From positions 9,548,001 through 9,612,000 of the forward strand of contig CATNEN010000025.1 in NCBI GenBank assembly GCA_950097015.1: DNA of 64,000 bases, in the 5' to 3' direction. Of the stretch, positions 13,030 to 24,538 are shown piece by piece. This DNA is from Macrostomum hystrix (taxonomy: Eukaryota > Animalia > Platyhelminthes). The notes under the pieces were generated by a model. The model worked only from the letters and a program-made list of their open reading frames with translations. It was not told the DNA's origin and searched no databases. How positions within the stretch are numbered: position 1 is the stretch's first letter; each line of letters opens with the position of its first letter. The translations under genes and the position numbers were made by a program.

Positions 13030-13580
13030 ATTCCAGAGGGCATGTGGCCTGATCCGCCATTAATGCTCTGACAGGGCGGAAGTGGCGCATCCAACTGAAT
13101 CTGGCAGGCAACACTGTGGATGAGCACAGTAACAAGCTACGCGAGTTCTTCGCTGCCATAGTCAACGCACCGCCACCCCCGCTGCCCAACATCCTGACAC
13201 TGCCACCAGAGACGCAGTTGCGGTCAAAGGACAGTTTTAACATTGCACCATTCACCATGGCTGAAGTCGTGATGCTTGCCTAGAAGATGCCGGGCGGCAA
13301 GGCGCTGTGTCCGGACAAGGTGCCCATCGAGGTGCTGCGCAATTACTGTGTGGCCAGTGAGGTTGCCTGTGTCTGTGTGATGAACCGAGTGGACCATTGC
13401 GCACATCATTACAATTTCAAAGAAGCCGGGCACTACACGGCTACACAATTACCGAGGCATCTGCCTGCAATCCTGTGCTGCAAAGTTGTTCAACCAAATG
13501 CTGCTATTGTGGTCGCAACCCATGTTGGATCCCTACCTGCGACCTGAGCAGAACAGGTTTTGTCAACTGCCTGCTGGCCT
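13030..13580 (+). mobile_element. Degenerate non-LTR retrotransposon (LINE) reverse-transcriptase fragment
   Basis: APFTMAEVVMLA*KMPGGKALCPDKVPIEVLR matches the FT..E...K..GKA.GPD.IP.E.L motif; MLDPYLRPEQNRF matches the L...Q.GF motif. Stops and frameshifts present. Confidence 0.7.
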
Positions 13581-14638
13581 ATGCTGGCGCCCTGGACACT
13601 GCCGGCGGTGTGGTGTTTGTTCGCGCCCAGGCTTTGAAGTGTGCACTGTGACACTGCTTTTTCACCTGACAGCGCATTTTTTGTCGTTGTTTTTATTGTG
13701 GCACACAACACTTCATAGGCATCTTGACAATAAAAAACGATGAAAAACGAAAGGTCAGCACTAATTGAACGCATATACAAAGATATAAAAAGCTGCAACT
13801 ACTTCCATTTATTGTTCTGCATTTGACATCTCATGGCACATGCACTATTGAGAAAAGAAACTCATTTCAATAATCAGAAAAATGTAAAAGAAATCTCGAA
13901 ATCATCTGAAGTAATATAAATGGATTTAGATTGTTCTTTATAACAAAAGATTCTTCAAATTCCAGGAAATTATTACAAATTATTACAAATTCGTCGAAGC
14001 AACATATTTTGTAACTCAGCCGATTGAGATCTCAGCCGTATAGACAACTTTTTGGCTGCATGGAAATGCGCATGGGACTGCCGCCTAATAAACAAGTCAG
14101 AACATGCTCGTTGTTCAGAGAACATGTTATTTGCAGTAATTAGGGCATTTTAATGCTTCTAGATAAAGCTCAGCATTAAAAAATGTAAATTGTGAAGAAA
14201 AAAAATGGATCAGGCCACCAACATTGAGGTCTCAAGTTGTTCATTGCACACTAAAACAAATTTGAGGAGCTTTAATCGTGCCAGCAAAAATAATCCAAGA
14301 CACCTGGTTCATTTGTGAAAAATATTTTTTGGCGTTTAGGCATAAAATAAGTAAAAAAAGTTTATTATGATGCTTCAATTTAACTATTAGAAACATTTAT
14401 CCTATTAAACACCTGCTTCCCTCTTCCTAAAACAACAAGTAGATATGTATCACGATGTCGTAATTACCTTATATATATTAGCTTAGAATCTATCTACCAA
14501 AATGGCTCAAAGGAATGCTACATGTATGTAGAAAGAAAGAAAAAAATGTTTAGCCCTACTTTGTTGCTTTGCAATATATTTTAAATCTAATGTTTTCTTC
14601 TCTATCAGTAGGAAATTGTATTTCGTATACCTAAATAT

Positions 14639-14790
14639 TAGTGTTCCGCAGTAATTACGGCTACGGCTACGGCAAACTACGGCTACGACACTTTTGAAGC
14701 CGTATTTTCATTACGGATTACGGTTACGGACTTATTTTGAGCTTACGGTTACGGTTACGGATTACGGAGATTTTTCTAGACTTGCCGTAA
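14639..14790. repeat. (TACGGC/TACGGT)n cluster, also at 15532-15640; probable subterminal repeats of a DNA-transposon remnant
   Basis: Repeated TTACGG/CTACGG motifs in two clusters ~0.8 kb apart; tagtgtt-like start at ~14639. Confidence 0.6.
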
Positions 14791-15646
14791 TTGGTAGCCG
14801 TAACAAAAATTATTTAAAAAATTTAAAATTAAAAATTTAAAATTAAAAAATTATTTCTTTTTAACTGTTAAGTGTTATAAAAGAAACTTTTTTATATCAG
14901 CTTTAACCAGTTTTCATTTTGTTTACCTAGTTATTATTATTATTTTTACATTTGTTAAGTTTCTAAATATCTACAAAACTTTTTGAAAACGAAAAACGAA
15001 AAACGAAAACGAAAAACTCATTAGGCATACGGCATAGCATAGCATAGTGATAGGATAGCAATGATAGGATAAGCCGATAAGGAATAAAGAATAAGGAAAT
15101 AGTCCGAAATACTAAATGTATTTAGTAAGAAGACAATAGACAATGCAATAAAATGAAAAAGAAAAAATGAAACATGTCATTTCTTAGTCATCGGAAATTT
15201 TGAAGCAGTTTTATTTGAACTAATTCATATATTTATTTATTAAATGATAGTAAACATACAAATTGACCTTGGCACATCAGTCATAGATTAATATTGTAGC
15301 GAAACAAAACTGAACCACGAAGCAGAAAACTGAAAAAGGCACCAAGCACACAATTGCATACAACAATGCTATACAAGACTTAGATAAAGATGTTATACTT
15401 ACGAAAAAAATTGAATATTAATGCATGAACTAACAACAAGTAGGTTTTATTGCTATCCTTTTATCCCTTTTATCTGTCCTTTTCTGTCTGCCCCACTTTT
15501 CATGCAAAAATATCAATTTTTGTTATACATTACGGCTACGGCTACGGTTACGGCAAATACGGACTTTTTTAGCCCGTAATGACGGCAAAATTCGGCTACG
15601 GAAGTTGCTTCTCTCTTACGGCTACGGTTACGGTTACGGTACGTCG

Positions 15647-16868
15647 GTATTGGTTTTGACAATCAATATGAGAAGATGGACAATCAAAATGAAGACAGCC
15701 ATAGATCTGCATGCAGCAGCTCAGCACAGCTTCGCAGCAGCTGCGGCTTAGGCCACAGACTTTTGACGATCGAAATGAGAATTGGACAATCAAACTGGCA
15801 ACGGGAGCAGTATGCACGTTTATTTGAACGAAAATTTAACATTAAAATGTATAAATAAAAAAAAGTTAAAATTTAACAATAGAAACGAGAAATCAACAAC
15901 AGAAATGGCAACACAGCCTCTAACAGTCAGAAAAAAGATGGAAGCACAGCAGTCCAGCAGCATGGGTTCAAAACTCATGCCCAGCAAGGCAGCGTCCAAG
16001 CTGACGGAAGCAGCGCAATTCCCACGCAGCTGCCTTATCCGGAGTCATGGCTTCAGGCAGTGACTCACGCGCCACTCTCTCCAGCAGCATGTAACGCCAC
16101 TCTTCCTGGTTCACGCCTTCTGGGGCAACTGCCTCTTCATCAACGATGTCAGGCTGCGCCAGCATCAAGACGGTGGCATTCCTCGCTCAGTTCGTTGATG
16201 AAGATCTGAAATCTGGCGTTCGTCTGGCCTCCTCGGAACACCGACGAATGCACGAGGCCAAACTCAGCGGCTAGGCCTATCGCCATGCAAACAGTCACAT
16301 TTGGTCCGCGCTGCGTTGTGACCCTTCGCCTGACCTCTTCACCTTTTAGGCTGCGACCCTGCGATCTTCTGGTCCACAAATTGAATCCCGTTTCATCAAG
16401 AAACACCAACCGTACTGCAGGGTCCAAGTTCAGCACAAACTCTGCGTACTCTCGCCAAGCCTCAATGTTCTCCAGGCTGTTCGTTCTCGAGCGCACATCC
16501 GTGCCCTTGGTGGCCAGCTTAACTGTGTACATCAGTCCCTGTAGAATTCTGTCCACAGTTCTGTACGAGAGATGTCCAGTTTGTCGTGGAAATGGTTGTT
16601 GACCCGCTGTGCCATCTGGCTGGCAATAGACTGGCACTGGCATTAAAAGTGAAAAGTGAAGTCCATTCTATTCTTTCCTTCATGGTGCTGCCTCGCTACA
16701 CTAACCAAGCGTTGCCATTTTGATTGTCCAATTCTCATTTCGATTGTCAAAAAAGTCTATGGCCTAAGCCGCAGCTGCTGCGAAGCTGAGCTGAGCTGCT
16801 GCATGCAGATCTATGGCTCTCTTCATTTTGATTGTCCATTTTCTCATATTGATTGTCAAAACCAATAC
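15647..16868 (-). mobile_element. Internally deleted IS630/Tc1-superfamily transposon with ~158-bp TIRs
   Basis: 15647-15803 is the near-perfect reverse complement of 16710-16868. Interior encodes LVFLDETGFNLWTRRSQGRSLKG...RGPNVTVCMAIG, then in another frame a C-terminal-like TPDKAAAWELRCFRQLGRCL. The second Asp and PIE motif are absent. Confidence 0.85.
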
Positions 16869-18236
16869 TTAAAACTCGCGGCGGCGGAATACTACTAAAT
16901 ATGGTGCTTGATCACAATATTTAACTAGGACTATGTAATGTAGCTAACTAGAATGAATTGTAAATGTTTTGTTCTCTGATTGCTTTCACTGAATCCAAGG
17001 GGTGCTGTCATTTTGTCAAACAAGTTGACAATGTGATATAAGTGTTAATTCTCTAAATATGGCAATTGACAACTGGAACGAACTCGTCAAAATAGTCACT
17101 AGCTTACATCTTCTAGTTTTAGTATATAACATATAATTATTTCTCAAAATATAGCTTGCCTTGTTTCTGGCAACCTTGGGCAACATTTTTTCTGAATAGC
17201 ATACTTCTAAGTGTAGGCCCTACACCATCTTAAGACTAGGCCTAAGAGTACTATGATATCTGAGTAGCTAGTTGGTTGTTGTTTCTTGGTTGTTAGGCTA
17301 GTCATTGTTTATATTTTTACTTTATAAAGAAGTTGGTAATATTGTTATTATCAAATAAATTTGAACACATAAATGAAAATCTAAAACTAGAAGATTGCCA
17401 TGTTGTATAATTAGGTAGATAAATTTAAATCTCTAAATTAGATGTGATCAAATCCACCATAACTTTTTTCTCTGCATGTTAGCTTGGCCTACACTTGTAA
17501 ATTGTGTATGGTCATAAGTAGCTATACATTCAGAACTTTTATTGTTAAAGTTGAAATATATTTTAGGTACAACTAATTTACATTATGTCAATTAAAACAA
17601 AACCAAAAGTGCCCTGATTGAAACTATTTTTTACTGGATTCCAGTTCTTTCGTCTGCCGCCAGTTCGTCTGCTCAGTAGACGAAAAAGCAAACAAGTTCG
17701 TCTGCTGGCCATTCTATGGCATATACAAGTATAAGCCCTGCCATGTAGTTTGTGTGTGTGTATAGGGGTGTGTTTGTTGCAAGGAACACTGAATTCGAAT
17801 AGAAGCATCTTCTATAGATGCTATGAAGTCCTTGGTTTTGTTGGCACCAAAACCTCCGGGTTTCATGGAGTGTTGGGGTAGGGCTCACAGGAATCCCCAA
17901 TTGAGACAAGAGCTGTTCTCACTTACTTCTCTCATTTTCATATTAAAAATTTGTAGCAAATTTGCAGCATTACTTTTAGTAGAAAACGCAAGTTTTTTAT
18001 TCTATTGTTTTACTAAATTGAAATGCAATAAAATACTTGGTCAGAATAAAAATCGAATCACAGGAATCTCTAGAACTTAATCTGTCTCTTTGTCTAGAAC
18101 CACTTTCTCTCCCCTTCTCTTTCCCCTTCTACACTCCCTTTCTCTCCCTACCTGTAAAGTGATGACTAAGCAAGTTATTGTAGAGCTCGTCTACTTAGTC
18201 CTATTTTTTTCTACGCCAATATCAGTTTTCACTAAT

Positions 18237-18560
18237 GTTTCGTTCTAACTTCGGATTATAACATGCAAAAAGTGAGCATGTACATCGGTTTATAACATGT
18301 TAGATGTTGTGTTAATGCCTACTTTAACCTTGAAGTAATCCTAATAGAAAGCCCCTTACTAGCAGTGTAGCAATAAGAAAAATGTCTACTTTTTAACTAG
18401 CTAGCTATTAATAATCGGTAATATTAACGATTTATACAGCTCGCTAGGTATATAAATATAATTTCTTGTTATTTCTTTATTTTGCACGCAACATCTAACA
18501 TGTTATAGATCGATGCAAATGCGTCCTTTTGCATGTTATATCGCGATGTTAGAACGAAAC
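18237..18560. mobile_element. MITE-like insertion (~325 bp) with ~72-bp TIRs inside the MULE
   Basis: 18237-18309 (GTTTCGTTCTAAC...ATGTTAGATGTTG) is the reverse complement of 18489-18560, with mismatches. Confidence 0.75.
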
Positions 18561-19398
18561 AGCCCTGCAGTTTTAGTCATCCATGAGTGACTCGATATAA
18601 ACGCACATAAATATATCACTTGAGATCAGATAAATCACCGCTGCAAGCATTCTGTCACATGACAAGCAACATGGCTAAAAAAGTCAACTGACTAGGATAT
18701 GAATATGAGTTATTCCTTGCTTTCCGCTGACAAGTTTATTTAGGCATATCACACAAATGTATTCGGCTTTAGAAGTGATGATAGATTTATTACCTGACCA
18801 TTTAATATTTTAATATTTTCTCAATAGGTGTATTGAGAATCAATTGTCTGGGCGTTGCTGGGGCCTATTGTTTGCGAGTTGAGACTCAATGCTCCGCTTT
18901 CTATTGTTCTCTTTTACTACTGGTTTTGTTTACCACATGGAGCTGCCTGTGCAATGGGTCGCTTGCAGCTAGTTGCGTAGACAGGGATTTCAATTTGAGG
19001 TAGGACTTCGGGCCGCACATTCGCGGCAATGAGAGTGTATGATTTACGACTAATAATACGGGCACATGTTCATAAAATTAGTCAACTAAGACTTAGACAA
19101 TAGACAAAGTTTATATACACAACAGAATGGTGATAATTTGCACAATTTGTGAATGACAGTGTATACGTTTAAAATACGAGCTCAAATTTCAAATTGGCAT
19201 TCACTTGCAATAAATTATGAGTATGTGTCATTAAACAGAGTATAGACAGAGTTTAAACAGTTGCGACTAAAAAATACAACTTGAGCAGCACCACTTAGTC
19301 TTTGAAAAGTTCATGTTCTTAAAGCGATAAAAACAAAGCAAAAATATTTAACATCCTCAGTCATTGTGGCATCAGTGAGTAGTTACTCACGAAGTTAG

Positions 19399-21946
19399 TT
19401 ACTCAGTGGGCAGCTTAACAAACTTCGCTGTCAGCTCAGCGCAAAACCGGAGAAGGCGCATAATGTCCTCCTCTTGACGAGCACTGCTATCGAATTTCTG
19501 CCATGCCGCCTGAATCTTGGCCTCGCGGCATCTGTAGACTAGCCTGACTCGTCTTCCAGGCCCGCCAGTAGCTTGCAGCTGTCGAGACTGCAGAACTGCA
19601 AGGGCAGCCTGTTGCAATAGGAGCTCAGCCAAGGCATAGAGATTCAAGTTGCCCTTCCTCGCTCTTCGGTTTAGAGCCATATGCCAGCCCTCCACAGAGT
19701 TATTAGTCCGCTCCCTCTTGCCGTGGACAGAGAGTTCTTCCAGGCTCCACACGCTACTCGACAGCCAGGTCACGTCCACATAGCGGCACAGAGAAACCAG
19801 CGCCTCTGTATTCGCTTTGTCGGCAAGAGCGCCAAAAGCAGTGTAAATGTGTTCGGCTGGGAGGAAGATGAGGGCCATCAGCTGCTTGCAGAACAGTCGC
19901 GTGCCCTTATCCACAGCATACGATGCAGCAAGGCCGAGCTCTTGAACTTTTCGAAAGATGCTCTGTGCGAAGTGAAAAGAGCAGCCCTGCAGCTCAGCCC
20001 TCGGGCAGGTATGATGCAGAGCCTCCCACATCGCAGCCTCAAAGTCCAATACAGCTTCAGAAGGAGGAACTCCAGCCAGCTCAATTAGCTTTTGCAGAAC
20101 TTGCAAGTAGTCGTGCTTTGATTTTCCTGACATGAGCGCGAAGCACAATGGCACTTGCTTGTGCTTCCCATCCTTCTGAAGAAGTCCATGAACTGAAAAG
20201 TAGATAATATTTACAATTTCATCCAAATGGAACAAAGCGAAGTGGAGAGAAGAATAGGAGAGAGGGAGACCAGAAGTTTGGTGGTGAATGAGAAAATGGA
20301 GTGATAGAGAAATGGGTAGCGGTGGGGGAGAAAAAAAAGGAGAGAGATAGAGGAGGGAGAGATGAGTTAGGGGTGAGGCTGAGAGGGGTAGAGATAATTT
20401 CCAAATGACAAAGAAATGACAAAACTCAATGACAAAAAGTAACAAACTTACCAGAATATAGTTGCATGAATGGGCTCTTGACGACATAGAATGTTCCATC
20501 GAGAAACCACTGCTTTGTGTTGGCCAGGATTGCAAGCTGCTCGTCTGTTGCGAATATCAGGTGGCGCTTTTGCGTTCTGGCCACAGTCACGTCCGCCTTC
20601 AGAAAGTTTGGTGGAAGTGCATCCTCCTGCAACTCGAATCGGAGATCTGTTGGATGCTGCGGCCGACTTCCTGCGCGAAATCGGTTGGCGTTTCTAGCGA
20701 GCTGTTCCACAGTCGGGGGGTTGACGCCTAAATCGTCGCGCAGACAATGAGCAATCAAAGCACTTTCGGCTATCGCAGCAGCTGGCTCGAATCGGCATCG
20801 CTTTGCCTCGTTTTTTACGTCCCATTGAAGCTCTCTCTTAAGTCCAGCTGCTTTGTCCGCATGGCAGACATGTGGTCGGCTCACATAAAACGAGCCATCT
20901 GCTGTCTGCTTCACAGAACCGTTGCATGTCAAAGCTTCGCTGCGGACGATACACTTCCAGTAATTGCAGCCAGCTTTTCCTCCATTGCGTCCGAGAATGT
21001 AGCCATGGGAAGACACGAGCAAGTCGCCGCCACGCTTGCTAATTCCAGGCTTCATTTCAAACTGTTCCGGCTCCATCGGTATCTGTACTTCAGCTAAAGG
21101 AGCTGGATCAGGAAGAGATCGTCGCCCAGCGGCATCAGTAGCCGTAGCAGCAGCGGCAGCAGCAGCAGCAGACAGCTCGGCGGCAGTATCAGCAGCAGCA
21201 GCACCACCAGACTCGGCAGCAGACAGCTCGGCGGCAGTATCAGCAGCAGCAGCACCACCAGACTCGGCAGCAGACAGCTCGGCGGCAGTATCAGCAGCAG
21301 CAGCACCACCAGACTCGGCAGCAGACAGCTCGGCGGCAGTATCAGCAGCAGCAGCACCACCAGACTCGACAGCAGACAGCTCGGCGGCAGTATCAGCAGC
21401 AGCAGCACCACCAGACTCGACAGCAGACAGCTTGGCGGCCGCCTGTTCAAGTTTTTTGTCAGATCGTGATTTTATTAGCAGTCTTATCGATGCAAGGCAC
21501 AAGCTTTAATTTTCTGTATATTAAGCTGTCTCTAGCTGCACAGTAAGTTGGGATTTGCTTTTCTGAAAATCTTTATTTTCTAATCTGGTTCGTGTACTGC
21601 AACTTCAAGTTTATGTAGAAAACATTATAGATATAAATATGTACAGCAAATAATCTCGCTATTATAATTATAATTATAATAAGTGGTTATGGTAGCTTGA
21701 ACATGACGTGCACATGAATTCTATATTTACATGTGCCATAAAAGTCAATGAGCTACTTACGTTTTTTTCCTCACATCGTGAGCACATCCAGTTGAAGGAA
21801 ACATTTTTGCTCAATATTTCGCGATACTCAGTCTGGGTCATATTAATGCCACAGATTCGATGCTGCCATTGATCACACGAATCGCACAGCAAGGCCTGCT
21901 GTCGCGTGCTGACTATCTTTTGACAGACAAGACAAAAATCTGACAT
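19399..21946 (-). CDS. MULE transposase with N-terminal PHD finger, Ala-rich repeat, FLYWCH and DDE domain (3 exons, 656 aa)
   Basis: Exons 21946-21761 (phase 0), 21442-20452 (phase 1), 20192-19399 give an open 1971-nt CDS. Motifs: C4HC3 PHD; FLYWCH (YWKC...C...H.CH); WFLDGTF..KSPFMQLYSVHG; LDFE; GCSFH; RTNNSVEGWH. Confidence 0.9.
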
Positions 21947-22210
21947 TTCGATTATCCAGGCACGCAAATGTGGTGTGCAATGACAATGAGTTGCATACGC
22001 TATATATATGTGGTTCAAAGCGAAAAGATTTTAAATTTGCGCGATATTTTGTCGTTTGATTGATTGTTTTACTGATTTCGGTTGTTCTAAGAATCTAAGT
22101 CTCGTTAAACTTGAGTTTCCAGCAGACGAAAAGTTTAACGCAAAATAGTTTGTTCGTCTGCCCAGCAGACGAACTGGCGGCAGACGAAAAGAGTGGCACC
22201 CTTTTTTACT

Positions 22211-23465
22211 GTACCTGGACACTTCGTCATCTTACAACTTTGTCATCCAGATGACGATCTGTCCAATATCTTAGAGGCTGGATGACAAAGACACTTGTGG
22301 ACACTTCGTCATCTATAAAACAAAAGTTTTCAAAGTTAGAACAGAACCACCCTTCCCCACCCCTCCTCACATCGTGTTGGCACCTATCTTTTAACTCTTA
22401 TAATGTGTCCTAGGGCTTCCCTCTTATTCAATATTAATCCTAACAATGCCACCAAAGTTGTTACCGGGCTAATTTTAATCCTATTGCTGTTACCAAAGTT
22501 GTTGTAGGCCTTTTATACTTTTGTCAATCTTATGAATGTCTTTAATTATTCGCTTTATGTATTTCTTATCTCAATTCAAATTGGTAGCGTTTATGTATTC
22601 AAATATGGTAGCGTTATACTTTCAATATGGTAGCGTTATACTTTCAGTATGGCCAGTATCTCTTCTCTATATTCCCTTCTGCTCATAACTTTACTGTATT
22701 ATTTCTATAAGTACTTTGTATCAATCTTTATCCGTCTTTATCAGTCTTTATCAGTCTTTTATCAGTCTTTATCAGTCTTTATCAGTCTTTATCAGTTTTT
22801 ATCCGTCTTTCAAATATTATTCCGTTTACCTTCAATTTAGTCTTCAGTTCAGTCTTCAATTTCAATCTGCAGTCCGCTTCATAGGGCTTTCCAGTGGATC
22901 TAGAGTTACAGCTTTTTCTTCACTCTATTTACTTCTCTTTCGCAATGTCTCTTTTTCTCAAATAACTTTTACACGAACACTTCACATTCAAGCTTTCTTT
23001 ATTCTGAACTTCGTCAGGCACGAGGTTACTTTTCTCTCTCTTTCACTCATGTATTTATAGTAGAATTCCCCCCCACATCCGCGACTTCAGTAAAACCTTT
23101 ATTTTTCGGTGCAGTTAAACAAAAATTTGGTGCATTAAAACAAAGTTTCGTAAAGTAAAACAAAATAATAAATTTGCATGGGAAAATGTTTCTAAGAAAT
23201 GTGACGTAAAAAAATGAAAAATAACCCTACATCAAATGAAATCATTTTTGACACCTCTTTTTGACAATTTAGAGTGTAAAGTGTGTTCACACCTCTGCCC
23301 CACCACCCCACCCTCACTTTATTGATGACAAACTTGATTGCTTATTATTAGCCCCTAGTAGATGACGAACTGACCAAACTTTAAAGCATGCCAATTGGCT
23401 GGATGATGAAGTGTCCTACCTTCCAAGTGGATGACGAAGTTGTATGATGACGATGTCTAGGATCC
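22211..23465. mobile_element. Non-coding TIR element (~1.25 kb) abutting the MULE; contains (ATCAGTCTTT)n at ~22715-22800
   Basis: Left end GTACCTGGACACTTCGTCATCTTACAACTTTGTCATCCA; reverse complement of right end GGATCCTAGACATCGTCATCATACAACTTCGTCATCCA. Flanks TTTTTTACT and TTTTTTATA (7/9). Confidence 0.65.
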
Positions 23466-24538
23466 TTTTTTATATATTTTTATCATTTTGAATATTTTTC
23501 ATAGGCCCACAGTCCAGATCATGTTAGCTGCACACTAAAAAGAAAAAAAGGAAAATTAGATTTTCACAACAAGGTTAGCTAGTTTTTTCTAATTATTTGC
23601 AAGTGCACACTAGTGCTACCAGTGTTGCATGCAGAAAAAGCTACATCAGGAAGTACCAATGAAGGGGCAGCATGATTGTGAATGTGGTTGATTGTCAGCA
23701 CTTTGCTGATATTGTCAATCATAAAACTGATAACAATTATTTGATTATAAGTTTTTATAGTTCAATTTACAAAAATAGAAGACTTTCTTTGGCTAAGACT
23801 AGAGAACATTTTGTTTTAGTCATGCAAAGTCTGTTCTTAATGGTTAATGGTTGGATGTTAACTACAGTTTTTAGAGCTCTTATACTGTTACAGCTATTTA
23901 ATTGTTTTAATCACAACTATTGGATGTTGATAATACATGTACAGGTTAACACATTTGATCTTGTTTCAAATACACAAATGCAGACTATGCATGCCAGCCC
24001 AGAGCAAATGTATGCTGGAATTTTCTGGTGTGCACTACATGATCAGCACATTGGTCATGGGCCAATTCCACTGAAACTTAATAGGCTTCTTGCCTGTTAA
24101 TTGTACAAATAAAGCAAACTACAAACAATTTGAACAGAGTACAACTTTTTATTCGTTAAAACAATTTTTGCAGTTTTTTTCATGTTTTCAAGAGGCCTTT
24201 TGTATTATTATTGCATACGCACAAGTTGGGCCATGTTTGGCAATCAAACATGCAAGGCTATTATCCATATCCTATTATATTATGCTCTTCTATGAAAACA
24301 TCTAAGTTAATCTCTTTAAAGGCCTGTGCAGTTTTGTTAAAATAAAAGATAAAGTTATTCACATATTTAAGTTTGCATGGTCACAAACTTTTACAATGTA
24401 CAGATCAAATGTTTGTCTAAAGTACTCATTCTTTGTGTTGAAAAAATCAATTAATTTTGAATATATTTTCTTCCAGCTAGTCATCAATAGACTCATAATT
24501 TTCAATCTGATCTGCTTGTTGAACAATCCATTAACTGT

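Larger units (their letters stand above)
17636..22201 (-). mobile_element. Full-length Mutator-like element (MULE), 4566 bp
   Basis: Perfect 9-bp TSD TTTTTTACT at 17627-17635 and 22202-22210. Imperfect TIRs (GGATTCCAGTTCTTTCG versus GGGTGCCACTCTTTTCG) share a 25-nt perfect core TTCGTCTGCCGCCAGTTCGTCTGCT. Contains an intact transposase gene. Confidence 0.9.

Noticed and set aside
12300-13030. GC-rich region with several overlapping short ORFs
   Set aside because: No recognisable motif; probably part of the adjacent decayed retroelement, so not called.
21036-21509. Plus-strand Ala/Ser-rich ORF and similar antisense ORFs over exons (44110, 49672, 55363, 56828)
   Set aside because: Antisense shadows of GC-rich coding exons or repeats.
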